64,000 nt of DNA from Leptolyngbyaceae cyanobacterium (GCA_965263355.1 CBDHHL010000032.1:3776001-3840000), one strand, 5' to 3'; counted from the first letter of the stretch, positions 41,062 to 51,084 are shown. The notes: a model not told the origin generated them from the sequence alone. Numbers and translations are program-made.

Positions 41062-41216
41062 TGCTGATGTCAGGTTGAATCTATTAGGTGGTTAAGCTAA
41101 GTTTTCTGGCTGAGATAGGGAAGAAAGGGGCAGGGATAAATGGGAATGGTATACACTCGTATTCCTTTGCCCCAGAAGGAATTAAGTGGTTTCTTAGCTC
41201 ACTGTAGGGAGTTAGT

Positions 41217-42680
41217 TTATGAAACCTCTGAGAGATTATTAAGAAAACTCTTATGATTGTTTGATCTCTTGCTAGGAGGTTGCTTTAATGCATTGTAAGG
41301 AAAGATTACGGTGACGCAGGTGCCTTGGTTCACCATGCTATGAAGGGTGATTGTACCCTGGTGCATACGAATGATTTCTGCGGCGATCGCTAATCCTAAC
41401 CCGGCACCTCCCGATTTGCGATCGCGGGCTTTATCCACCCGATAAAAGCGTTCGAATAAATGGGGGAGATGCTCTGGTGAAATGCCAATGCCGGTATCTT
41501 TTACCTTGATATGAAGTTCTGTTGGCAACAGATGGGTTTCGAGGGAGACTTTGCCACCCTCGGCAGTGTATTTGATGGCGTTATCCACCAAGTTTAAGAA
41601 CACTCGAATGAGTTGATCGGGATCGCCCTGCAGTGATAAACCGGGCAAGATTTGACTATGCAGTATAAGCTCCTTGGTCACTGTTAAGCCTGTGGCCTGC
41701 TCAACGACAGCTTCTAACAGATAGCTGAGATTGAGTGGTTCGAGATTACTGTGCCATTGGCCCAAATCAGCCCGTGCCAAAAATAAGAGATCGTTGGTGA
41801 GGCGAACCAGGCGATCAACATTGCGTTCGAGGCCTCCTAATGTGTATTGGTAGTCGGTGAGGGTGCGATCTCGGCTCAGGGTTACATTGAGCTGCCCTTT
41901 CATGGCGGTCAGAGGTGTGCGTAACTCATGGGAAACATCCGCTGTAAACCTACGTTCTCGCTGAAAAGCCGCCTGAATACGATCCAACATTTGGTCAAAG
42001 GTTGTGGCCAACCGCCCTACTTCGTCTGTCGGGCCGCGATAACCGATGCGCTGCTCCAAGTCGCTGGCACCAATGGCCTGGGCGGTGCGGGTAACGCGGT
42101 CAATGGGGCGTAGCGCCTGGTTAAGTAAAAAGAAACCACCCCAGGCCGCAATTAATAAAACCACAGGTAGGCTCACCAGAATCTGTCGCATAAATTTTGC
42201 TTCGGCTGCCTGAAGATCGGTGAGTGGATGGGCAACTTGCAACCATCCGATGGATTGTTGGTGGTTATCCTGAACAGGTTGACTGTAGACACGCCAGTCA
42301 ATTGTTTTACTGGAAAGATGTTTAGAACCCACAGATTGAGGAATCCATGGAGGAATCGTTTGGTAGTCGCCGAGGCCAAACCAGGGGTTTCCCTCTGGAG
42401 TAATTAAGCGAACGGCAAAGTCTCCCTTTTGTAGATAGCGAGATAAATTCTTGGATTCGCTTGCTATAAAGATGGGTGGATCATGCTCACGGTTGAGGTG
42501 ATTGTCGGCATAGGAGGCAGTGAGCTTTAGGGTACCATCCAGTTGATGGAGCAAATTGAGCTTGAGCTGAATATAGAGAAAGCTGCTAAACAACAGCAGA
42601 ATTAAGCCGAGCAGCAGGCTATACCAAGTGGTTAAGCGAACCCGCAGTGGATACTGGCTTAATCGGAAGGGGTTACCCAT
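41217..42680 (-). CDS. Two-component sensor histidine kinase (HAMP; CusS/BaeS-like)
   Basis: Two TM helices, DEVGRLA.TF, FTADVSHELRTPL, NLVDNAIKY, DTGIGI, FERFYR, GAGLGL. Confidence 0.95.
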   Translation of the reverse strand: MGNPFRLSQYPLRVRLTTWYSLLLGLILLLFSSFLYIQLKLNLLHQLDGTLKLTASYADNHLNREHDPPIFIASESKNLSRYLQKGDFAVRLITPEGNPWFGLGDYQTIPPWIPQSVGSKHLSSKTIDWRVYSQPVQDNHQQSIGWLQVAHPLTDLQAAEAKFMRQILVSLPVVLLIAAWGGFFLLNQALRPIDRVTRTAQAIGASDLEQRIGYRGPTDEVGRLATTFDQMLDRIQAAFQRERRFTADVSHELRTPLTAMKGQLNVTLSRDRTLTDYQYTLGGLERNVDRLVRLTNDLLFLARADLGQWHSNLEPLNLSYLLEAVVEQATGLTVTKELILHSQILPGLSLQGDPDQLIRVFLNLVDNAIKYTAEGGKVSLETHLLPTELHIKVKDTGIGISPEHLPHLFERFYRVDKARDRKSGGAGLGLAIAAEIIRMHQGTITLHSMVNQGTCVTVIFPYNALKQPPSKRSNNHKSFLNNLSEVS

Positions 42681-43393
42681 GGGTTGACCAATGAATCGAG
42701 GGGGGCATCAATGGTATTTGCTGGGATTGGCTGGAGCCGAAAGCCAACCCCGCGAATAGTTTGGATCAGAGATTTATGGGCTCGCGCGCTGAGTTTACGA
42801 CGTAGATAACCAATGTATACGTCCACCACATTGGAGTCATTGGCAAAGTCAAAGTTCCAGACGTGTTCGGCAATTTGGGTACGTGTGAGTACCTGACCGG
42901 GATGGCGCATTAGATATTCTAAAAGGGCGAATTCTCGTTGGCTCAAGTTGATGAGACTACCGTTCCAGCACACTTGATGTTGTACCAGATTCATGGTCAA
43001 ACCACCCACTTGTAATACGGTGTTAGTTTGTAGGGGAGGTCGTCGGAGCAAGGCTCGGAGTCGTGCCAGTAATTCTGAAAATGAAAAGGGTTTGACTAAA
43101 TAATCGTCGGCTCCGGCATCAAGGCCTTTTACACGGTCGTCGATGGAATCCAGGGCGGTGAGTAGGAGGATGGGGGCATGGCTGCCGCGATCGCGCAGTT
43201 GCCTAACCAAATTTAACCCGTCGATCTGGGGCAGCAGGATATCCAGAATCATCAGGTCATAGGTGGCAAGCAAGGCAAAGTGCAGTCCTTTTTGACCATC
43301 TTCTGCAAGGTCAACGGCATAGCCAGCCTCGGTAAGGCCCTGGCAGATAAACTGAGCAATCTCGGGTTCGTCTTCGACAACAAGTAGACGCAT
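42659..43393 (-). CDS. OmpR-family response regulator
   Basis: MRLLVVEDE, LDILLP, GADDYLVKPF, winged helix NVVDVYIGYLRRK, TIRGVG. Confidence 0.95.
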   Translation of the reverse strand: MRLLVVEDEPEIAQFICQGLTEAGYAVDLAEDGQKGLHFALLATYDLMILDILLPQIDGLNLVRQLRDRGSHAPILLLTALDSIDDRVKGLDAGADDYLVKPFSFSELLARLRALLRRPPLQTNTVLQVGGLTMNLVQHQVCWNGSLINLSQREFALLEYLMRHPGQVLTRTQIAEHVWNFDFANDSNVVDVYIGYLRRKLSARAHKSLIQTIRGVGFRLQPIPANTIDAPLDSLVNPWVTPSD

Positions 43394-43752
43394 GATGATT
43401 TCACCCTGGCAATGGTGAAGGGAATACAATTAATCGGCCTGACTGTAGAGTAGCGTCATCACCAGGGAGAGAAGATTGAATCATGGATTTTTTCAAGCTT
43501 TGATTTTTGGCGGTCCATAAGACTTTATCTAAGGCAACTTCTGGACTCTCTATAAATCAAGGAATGCCAGGTATGTAAAGCGATAGATGTATTTTGGGAT
43601 ACGTTTTTCGTGCAGAATTCAACTCGATATTTTTGAGCTGAATTTCAGAGGATTCCATCGCAATAGTGTATTTCAGGGGCAGGCTTTGAATAAAAGCAAA
43701 CCAGAATAGGCTTGCTATAATCTGACTAGTGCTGGTCAGGAAGCCAATGCTT

Positions 43753-44061
43753 ATGTCTGTAAACTCTATGAGCCCTCAAGATGCATCCATCGTCCAGCTT
43801 GATGGGCTGAAGACTTGGAAGTTAGAAGATGCGAAAAGTCGCTTTAGCGAAGTGGTGCGCTTGGCTAAGCAAACTGAGCCTCAACGGATTACCGTGCGCG
43901 GTGAGGATGCGGTGGTGATTATTTCATCCCAACTATTTGAAAAGCTGATGCCATTGTTAGCTCAACCTAGTTTGCATGCGCTACTGTCTCAATCACCTCT
44001 AAGTAAGTTAGATTTCGAGCCTGCCAGTGTGGAATCACCTGTGAGGGACGTTGAGTTTTGA
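43753..44061 (+). CDS. Phd/YefM family antitoxin
   Basis: W.LEDAK.RFSEVVR.A...PQ.IT.RG..AVV motif; overlaps the toxin start. Confidence 0.9.
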   Translation: MSVNSMSPQDASIVQLDGLKTWKLEDAKSRFSEVVRLAKQTEPQRITVRGEDAVVIISSQLFEKLMPLLAQPSLHALLSQSPLSKLDFEPASVESPVRDVEF

Positions 44062-44489
44062 AGGGTTGGTTGCTAGATACCAATATTGTTTCGGAGTTGA
44101 GAAAAACAAACTGCAATTCTGCCGTGAAAGCTTGGAGTGAGCAGCAGGTGCCTCAGTCGTTTTATCTGAGTACGGTAACGCTTGCTGAGATCCGCTTTGG
44201 TATTGCTCGTGTAAAGGAACCTGGTTTTGCTGATGAGTTGACGCACTGGTTGGACAATACTCTAAGACCATGGTTTAAGAGTCGTATTCTAGCTATTGAT
44301 GAGGATACGATTTTGCTCTGGCGGCAGATCGTAGAGCAGGGACGTAAACGTGGATATACGTATAGTCAGCCAGATTTGTTTATTAGTGCACTGGCAAGTC
44401 AGCATGAGCTTTGTGTGGCAACACGCAATGTCAAAGACTTTCTAGAAGCGGGTACAACAGTTTTTAATCCATTTGATTTTGTGCAATGA
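44058..44489 (+). CDS. vapC: VapC (PIN domain) toxin
   Basis: WLLDTNIVSE, E...G, D..I.A.A, TRN.KDF, NPF. Confidence 0.93.
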   Translation: MKGWLLDTNIVSELRKTNCNSAVKAWSEQQVPQSFYLSTVTLAEIRFGIARVKEPGFADELTHWLDNTLRPWFKSRILAIDEDTILLWRQIVEQGRKRGYTYSQPDLFISALASQHELCVATRNVKDFLEAGTTVFNPFDFVQ

Positions 44490-44674
44490 GAGATTTTAAT
44501 GGTTGCATCAATTTGAATTTTGGTTTCGTATTGCGTAATGCTTAAATTCATTTCTGAGCAGGTTTTTGAGTGGCTAATTTGACTGTCCTTCAATGCTATC
44601 AATGATTATATCGAGTAGAGTGAGTAATGCTGGAATGTCGATTTCAGCAGTTTTCCAGACTTCGTCCATATCTT

Positions 44675-44940
44675 ATGTTGTTTGGGTATTCAGGTGATGC
44701 TCAAAGCGATTGGGAAAATGCTGAGAAAATTTATCGAAGTCCGTTAAGGCGATTTTTCTTTTACTGGCATCAGCCCCTAATCAACCTCGAAAAAAAGCAT
44801 GGGAGCCATTATTGTTATGGCTTAATAATCAAGCGTTGCTTCGGTTCGTAAGAACAGTCGGTAATGTCAGTATCATCGCTATTTTGATGTACGTAGGCTC
44901 AGAAAAGCAGCGTATGAATGTAAGTACTGTAAATAAGTAG
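44675..44940 (+). pseudogene. Frameshifted 5' relic of a membrane-anchored pentapeptide-repeat protein gene
   Basis: GDAQSDWENAEKIYRSPLRRFFFYWHQPLINLEK continues, after a 1-nt shift in the A7 run at 44790-44796, as AWEPLLLWLNNQALLRFVRTVGNVSIIAILMYVGSEKQR. Confidence 0.6.
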
Positions 44941-45106
44941 GTTAGCTAGAAGTTCCTCAAATTAACCAATGACTTTTGAAACATTCTGTGGCCTTTACCG
45001 TCTAGTTCTACAGACGGGCTAGCTGCCTGTTTGCTCAGGGGCTGTACTGACTGTGTTCAGACACATCTACTACTTGTCTGATTAGCATCACAATTACACG
45101 TCACGT

Positions 45107-46021
45107 ATGCAAGTCGTTAAGCAAACGTCTTCAGAGCTGTCTCTGAGGAATCAGCCCTCGCGCTTTAATAAAGGATTGATCGGTCTCTGGGCCCTGTTAT
45201 TTTCCGGCATTCCCCTGGCGATGATGGGGGGATGGCTCTATGGCTTGGGTGTTACTCAGCTGCAGTGTCAGCGGGTAGAACCGAGTCAGGTGAGGTGCGA
45301 TCGCACCCAATCCCGTCTCCTGGGCCTGATGCCGGGTCCCTCTACCACAGTGGACCAGGTCACCGCTCGCACCCAATCCCGTCTCCTGGGCCTGATGCCG
45401 GGTCCCTCTACCACAGTGGACCAGGCTGAGATGAAGACCCAAACCAGCGTTGATGGCGATGGTAGTCGCCATGTGGACTACTGGGTTGTACTACAAACCC
45501 TGAACGGCGAAGTTACCTATGTAGAAGACCCCATCCGGATCAATGGTCGCAAAGGCTCTGCCAATGAAATGCAGGCAATTGCGGATCAGATCAATACGTT
45601 CTTATCTTCTGAGCACACTGCCGTGACCCTGCAGCGGGATATGCGTCTGCGTTTGGGGTATAGCATTTTCCCCCTCGGATTTATGGGGCTATTTGTACTG
45701 ATTGGCAGTACTGTTGTGTATTTTACCTTCCAGTCAGAAGAACTGGTCTTTGATAAGACAGCGCGACAGTTTCGGTGCGATCGCAAAACTCTCTTTGGTC
45801 AACGAACCTGGCAATACTCTCTGAATGAAATTCAGTATGTCATGGTCGATACCCAAACCGATAGCAATGGCGATGTCCTCTATGCACTCAAGCTTTTATC
45901 TGAACAGGGGAAGTTGGAGTTCATTCCTGGACCTAAGGATCAAGTAGAAAAGGCCTATCAAGTTATTCATGAATTTCTAAGGTCAAGTCCGATTTTGGTC
46001 CCTGTCAGTGTAGAAAATTAA
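45107..46021 (+). CDS. Hypothetical membrane protein with a 22-aa internal tandem duplication
   Basis: Two TM regions, a C.R....V.C motif, and duplicated RTQSRLLGLMPGPSTTVDQ. Confidence 0.85.
   Translation: MQVVKQTSSELSLRNQPSRFNKGLIGLWALLFSGIPLAMMGGWLYGLGVTQLQCQRVEPSQVRCDRTQSRLLGLMPGPSTTVDQVTARTQSRLLGLMPGPSTTVDQAEMKTQTSVDGDGSRHVDYWVVLQTLNGEVTYVEDPIRINGRKGSANEMQAIADQINTFLSSEHTAVTLQRDMRLRLGYSIFPLGFMGLFVLIGSTVVYFTFQSEELVFDKTARQFRCDRKTLFGQRTWQYSLNEIQYVMVDTQTDSNGDVLYALKLLSEQGKLEFIPGPKDQVEKAYQVIHEFLRSSPILVPVSVEN
45301..45425 (+). repeat. 59-bp perfect direct repeat with 66-bp period inside a CDS
   Basis: 45301-45359 is identical to 45367-45425. Confidence 0.95.
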
Positions 46022-46053
46022 ATTCTGATAGACGTCTAACAAAGTCATCAAAC

Positions 46054-46094
46054 TAAAAGATCCCTCGCTTCAATATGAAGAAAGGGATCTTTTA
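46054..46094. terminator. Bidirectional terminator
   Basis: TAAAAGATCCCT...AGGGATCTTTTA between convergent genes. Confidence 0.7.
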
Positions 46095-46158
46095 ATTAAT
46101 AATATGTGGGTTGATTTAAGCCCCCATGTTTTTACCTAGGAGATAGGCAGACAATTGT

Positions 46159-46344
46159 CTAGACGTCTTGGTTGTACTTTACACCCCGGTAGGTAAGCTG
46201 TATGCGCTGATGGGGGTGGCTAGGAACCTTAAATGCTTTGCGCTTAAGGGGAGCACCGCGATAGGTGCCAATGCTTTCAGTGTCAGTGACTTGAACGTTT
46301 TCGAAGTGAGCTTCGTAGCTAGCACCGTGGAATGAAAGTTTCAT
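46159..46344 (-). CDS. DUF4278 domain small protein
   Basis: MKLSF.G..Y, G.YRG and LTYRGV.Y repeats; GGAGG RBS. Confidence 0.88.
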   Translation of the reverse strand: MKLSFHGASYEAHFENVQVTDTESIGTYRGAPLKRKAFKVPSHPHQRIQLTYRGVKYNQDV

Positions 46345-46550
46345 CTCGGTTCCTCCAAATGTGTAGATGCCATGACAAAAGTTCCTAGCAAGTTAGATAA
46401 TTGCCAGAAGTTTTTGCCAATAAGCATAAAACTGTGTAATTGAATACAGTTTATATTTTATGGAAATGTATAAAGGGAAAGTTAGCAAAGCTTAAAGTTT
46501 AAGTTAATGTTTGCTTAACTATGCAATGAGTGATTTAAATCACACTCAAG

Positions 46551-46743
46551 TTAATTCGCACTACGACAGGTCCTGATGTCAATGACGTGACCACTGTGGC
46601 AGAGGGAATTGATGGTGTGTAACGCTCACAACCACAGCTGCTGATGGCAAAGCACCCATAAAATAACGGGTGAAGACGGTCAGCTTACCCGGACATCAAC
46701 TGGTTCCTGTGGTAATGAGCGCTCAGTGATCCGCAGTCGCTAG
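46551..46743 (+). pseudogene. Possible degraded relic of a Thr/Gly-rich repeat protein gene
   Basis: Fragments in different frames: LIRTTTGPDVNDVTTVAEGIDGV / VTLTTTAADGK / ITGEDGQLTRTSTGSCGNERSVIRSR*. Confidence 0.4.
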
Positions 46744-46897
46744 TGCAGTGTCAACACTAAAAAGTAGGATTCTGTCTTGATGCAGAGTACTAGCGTCAGC
46801 CATGCCCCCAAGGCTATAGGGTAAAGCGTCATGCTTTATCCCGTTTGACTCTTCACGCTTTACTAGCCTCATCCTAAATCTTAGGCTTGACGGACCA

Positions 46898-48973
46898 CTA
46901 ATTTGATGTTGCCAAGCCCAAGCTATCTAACATAAAGGCATACTCAAAGGCAGTTTCTTTGAGCCAGCCATAGCGTCCGGAGGCACCACCATGGCCTGCA
47001 TCCATATTGGTCTTGAGGAGCAATTGGTTTTGATCGGTTTTTAGCTCCCGCAGTTTTGCTGTCCACTTGGCAGGCTCCCAATAGGAGACTCTTGGATCGT
47101 TGAGTCCGCCAGTGATCAACAGATTGGGATAGTCCTGGGCGATAACGTTGTCATAGGGAGAGTACGACTTCATATAGTCGTAGTATTCTTTCTCATTTGG
47201 GTTGCCCCATTCGTCCCATTCCATAACGGATAGGGGCAAGCTGGGGTCCAAAATAGTGGTCAGAACATCAACGAAGGGAACGGCTGCGAGGGCAACCTTA
47301 AATAAATCAGGTCGCATGTTTAGCACAGTGCCGATCAGCAATCCACCGGCGCTGCCACCATAAATGGCCAGTTTGTTAGCGCTAGTCCATTGGTTCTCAA
47401 TCAGATACTCGGCGCAGGCAATAAAGTCGGTAAAAGTATTTTTCTTATAAAGAAATTTGCCGTCTTCGTACCAGGGGCGGCCCATTTCGCCACCACCACG
47501 AATATGGGCAATGGCATAGACAACACCCCGATCCAATAGCGATAGTTGAATCGAGGAGAAGTAGGCCGATGATGATGCCCCATAGGAACCATAGCCATAG
47601 AGAAAAAGAGGGGTGTTGCCATCGCGCTGCATGCCTTTTTTGTACACCAGGGAGATGGGGACTTCAGTGCCGTCTGTTGCTTTAGCCATAAGCCATTCGC
47701 TGTTGTATAGGCTACGGTCATAGCCGCCTAACACGGGAGTTTCTTTTTTGAGTTCCCGCCCATGGGTGTCCATGTCATAATCAAACACTGATGGGGGAGT
47801 GATTAATGAGGTATAGGTAAATCGTAGAATTTTGTTGTCAAATTCAGGCATAACGCCGGGCCACACTGAATAGGTTGGTTCGGGAAAATCTAAGGTGGTT
47901 TCTTCCCCTGTGGAGAGTTTCTGAATACGAATGGTGGGTAGTCCCCCCTGACGTTCATAAATGACCAGGTGATCGATAAAGGCACTGACGCCATTGAGTT
48001 GTACATCAGGGCGATGGGGAATGATGGTTTGCCAATTTTCTTTGCTAAAGTTGTTGGCCATTGCCACCATTAGTTTTGAATTGATGGCATCTTCGTTGGT
48101 AACGATGTAAAAACGATCAGGTTCTTTTTCATTGCCAGGATGGTGAGAGATCGAATACTCTACCCCATGTTGACGTGGACAAAATATCCGAAATTCTCCG
48201 TCTGGATTGTTGGCATCCAAAATGTGTATTTCAGAGGTGATTTTACTATTGCAGGAAATGATTAAATAGGCATCACTGCGGGTACCGCCCACGGAGAGAT
48301 AAAAGGCTTCATCAGGTTCTTCGTAGATCAGTTGATCGTGACTGGGATTTTCCCCTAGGCGATGTTTCCATACCTGGTAAGGCCGATGGGCGTCATCTAG
48401 CCGAGTGTAAAACACGGTTTGGTTGTCATTGGCCCATACCACTTCACTCATGTCTTCAATTTTTTCTGGAGATAGTTTGCCTGTCGTTAGATCTTTGAAT
48501 TCCAACGTGCAGCGCTCTGACCCGTCAATGTCCGTTGCATAGGCTAACAGCTGATGGTTGGGACTGATTTCATAGTCACCCAAGGCAAAAAACTCATGAC
48601 CTTCAGCCAGTTCGTTTTCGTTGAGTAAAATCTCTTCGGGGGCCTCCAAACTGCCTTGTTTACGACATAAAATTCGGTAAGCTTTGCCTGCTTCGGTGCG
48701 GCTGTAGTAAAAATAATCGTCGTCTTTGGTGGGCACGGATAGGTCGGTTTCCTGGATCCGCCCGAGCATTTCTTCGTATAGGGTTTGCCGAAACTCCTTA
48801 GTGTGATCTGTTTGAGCTTCGGCATAGGCGTTTTCGGCATTAAGATACGCTAGGGTGTCTGGGGAGTTGCGATCGCACAGCCAGTAATAGTTATCAATCC
48901 GAATATCTCCATGTTTTTCAAGTGTTTTTGGCTGTTTTTTAGCAATAGGTGCTCCAGACGTACTCAAAACCAT
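46898..48973 (-). CDS. ptrB: Oligopeptidase B (S9A serine peptidase)
   Basis: HGD.RID.YYW, YGYGSYG, HIRGGGEMG, GGSAGG (Ser), DPRV (Asp), GHGG (His). Confidence 0.95.
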   Translation of the reverse strand: MVLSTSGAPIAKKQPKTLEKHGDIRIDNYYWLCDRNSPDTLAYLNAENAYAEAQTDHTKEFRQTLYEEMLGRIQETDLSVPTKDDDYFYYSRTEAGKAYRILCRKQGSLEAPEEILLNENELAEGHEFFALGDYEISPNHQLLAYATDIDGSERCTLEFKDLTTGKLSPEKIEDMSEVVWANDNQTVFYTRLDDAHRPYQVWKHRLGENPSHDQLIYEEPDEAFYLSVGGTRSDAYLIISCNSKITSEIHILDANNPDGEFRIFCPRQHGVEYSISHHPGNEKEPDRFYIVTNEDAINSKLMVAMANNFSKENWQTIIPHRPDVQLNGVSAFIDHLVIYERQGGLPTIRIQKLSTGEETTLDFPEPTYSVWPGVMPEFDNKILRFTYTSLITPPSVFDYDMDTHGRELKKETPVLGGYDRSLYNSEWLMAKATDGTEVPISLVYKKGMQRDGNTPLFLYGYGSYGASSSAYFSSIQLSLLDRGVVYAIAHIRGGGEMGRPWYEDGKFLYKKNTFTDFIACAEYLIENQWTSANKLAIYGGSAGGLLIGTVLNMRPDLFKVALAAVPFVDVLTTILDPSLPLSVMEWDEWGNPNEKEYYDYMKSYSPYDNVIAQDYPNLLITGGLNDPRVSYWEPAKWTAKLRELKTDQNQLLLKTNMDAGHGGASGRYGWLKETAFEYAFMLDSLGLATSN

Positions 48974-49175
48974 TAGCTCCTTCAGGATGTCTTTTTTCTA
49001 GAATACTGAGCCAATGACATTTTGGGGGAATCACCACTCACTACCCTAACGTCCTACCAGGCATGAGCCAAGGCGTAACGATGGGCTCAGGGGAAGCTCA
49101 CGACTCACTGCCACCGGGCATCTCAACTAAGACCGCTATATACTAATCGGACCTGCTCCTTTTTTGACCGAGTTT

Positions 49176-50606
49176 ATGGCTGATCTAATCCTGTTTTGGC
49201 ACCGTCGCGACCTACGTATTAGCGATAATCTAGGCCTCGCCGCTGCGCGGGAACGGAGCCCTAAGGTGGTGGGTATTTTTTGTCTGGACCCTGGGATTTT
49301 AAACGCTGACGATGTGGCTCCAGCTCGGGTGACCTACATGATTGGTTGTTTGGTTCAGCTGCAGAAACGCTATCAAGAGGCGGGCAGTGAACTGCTGATT
49401 CTACAAGGTGAACCCCAAATAGAAATTCCTCAGGTTGCCGCCACGTTGGGTGCGATCGCTATTTACTGGAATCGTGATGTGGAACCCTACTCGCGTGCTC
49501 GGGACAATGCAGTGGCCGCAGCTCTTAAGGAGAAGGGCATTGAAATGCACACGACTACTTGGGATCAGTTGCTGCACGCGCCAGGGGAGGTGATGACTGG
49601 AACCGGTAAGCCCTATACGGTCTATGGTCCCTTTTGGCGCAACTGGCAACGGTCGGTGAAGGCCGCGCCTGTGGAAACGTTGCAAGGTGCTGTGGGATTG
49701 AGTGATGCTGAGCGCGATAAGGTGGATGCGATCGCCCTGCCCTCGGCTCAGGATCTAGGCTTTATTTGGCATGCACCGTTACCCCTAGAGCCCGGTGAAC
49801 CGGCTGCCCGCGAACAACTAGCGACATTTGGCCAGCAAGCGATTGCTGCCTATGACGAGCAACGTAATTTTCCAGCGGTTATAGGCACCTCCATGCTGAG
49901 TGCGGCCCTGAAATTTGGGGCCATCGGTATACGGGAGGTCTGGCAAACGGCGACTATGGCCTATGATGCCAGTCGCAGCGATGAGGCCCGGACCAATGTG
50001 CAAACCTGGATGAAGGAACTGGCCTGGCGAGAGTTTTACCAGCATGTCATGTATTTCTTTCCAGAGCTGTCAGGTGGCCCCTACCGAGACGCGTGGAAAA
50101 ACTTTCCTTGGGACAATGATACGGTCCAGTTTGAGGCCTGGTGTGAGGGGCGCACAGGCTATCCCATGGTGGATGCGGCCATGCGTCAGCTCAATCAAAC
50201 TGGGTGGATGCACAACCGTTGTCGCATGATTGTAGCGAGCTTTCTGACCAAAGATTTAATCATCGACTGGCGTTGGGGGGAGAAGTATTTTATGCAAATG
50301 CTGGTCGATGGTGATCTCAGTGCTAACAATGGTGGTTGGCAATGGAGTGCTTCCAGCGGTATGGATCCTAAGCCGTTGAGAATTTTTAATCCCGCTAGCC
50401 AGGCTAAAAAGTTTGATGCTGATGCAGAGTATATTCGTCAGTGGCTCCCCGAAATTCGTCATGTCGATACGGGGGCGTTGGTCAGCGCTAAACTCTCACC
50501 GCTCGATTTAGAGGGGACTGGCTATAGTACGCCCATTGTTGACCACAAAAAACAACAGGCGCTCTTTAAAGAACGTTATAAAGAACAAAAAGCCAAACTA
50601 AAATAA
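49176..50606 (+). CDS. phrA: Deoxyribodipyrimidine photolyase (class I CPD photolyase)
   Basis: WHRRDLR..DN, TS.LS..L.FG, ELAWREFY, TGYP.VDAAMRQL..TGWMHNR.RM, NNGGWQW, RIFNP. Confidence 0.95.
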   Translation: MADLILFWHRRDLRISDNLGLAAARERSPKVVGIFCLDPGILNADDVAPARVTYMIGCLVQLQKRYQEAGSELLILQGEPQIEIPQVAATLGAIAIYWNRDVEPYSRARDNAVAAALKEKGIEMHTTTWDQLLHAPGEVMTGTGKPYTVYGPFWRNWQRSVKAAPVETLQGAVGLSDAERDKVDAIALPSAQDLGFIWHAPLPLEPGEPAAREQLATFGQQAIAAYDEQRNFPAVIGTSMLSAALKFGAIGIREVWQTATMAYDASRSDEARTNVQTWMKELAWREFYQHVMYFFPELSGGPYRDAWKNFPWDNDTVQFEAWCEGRTGYPMVDAAMRQLNQTGWMHNRCRMIVASFLTKDLIIDWRWGEKYFMQMLVDGDLSANNGGWQWSASSGMDPKPLRIFNPASQAKKFDADAEYIRQWLPEIRHVDTGALVSAKLSPLDLEGTGYSTPIVDHKKQQALFKERYKEQKAKLK

Positions 50607-50766
50607 GTAGATGAGCACAATTAATTTCAAAATCCTGGAAGCCCCCTAAATCCCCCAATTCTGAGGGACTTTGAGTTCCGAAGCCCCCAGAATTAGGGGT
50701 TGAGGGCCTTTTCAAAAGTGTCATCCTTGAAAAGTTCTTGTGTAAGTTATTTTGCCTACCTACTTA
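50604..50766. mobile_element. ~163-bp MITE with TA-bounded TIRs and internal CCCCCAA.TCCCCC/GGGG palindromes
   Basis: Left TAAGTAGATGAGCACAAT versus right TTATTTTGCCTACCTACTTA; the left end supplies the photolyase TAA stop. Confidence 0.75.
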
Positions 50767-51084
50767 GCGGTGTGTAAGTGCTTAATTACACATAGCATCT
50801 CGAATGTTATAAAGATTGCGTCAAGCCTGAAATTCTCGGCAGGAAGGTGAGTCTTAAGTTGTGAAGAGTCATAAGTGTTTTTCCCCGTTGATAGATGTTA
50901 ATGCTGGTCTGTCATGGGGGAAAATTCTGTTTTTCTCACAGGTTATCCGGATTTTTAGCAGATTATCTTGATTAAATCTTTATAACAGGGTTTTTCTACG
51001 CCAAAAATTGGGCAAATTTGAAGGTAAGTCGTTATAACGACTGCATGATGGCAATGGCAATGCACTTATAAGGAATGAAGCGAT

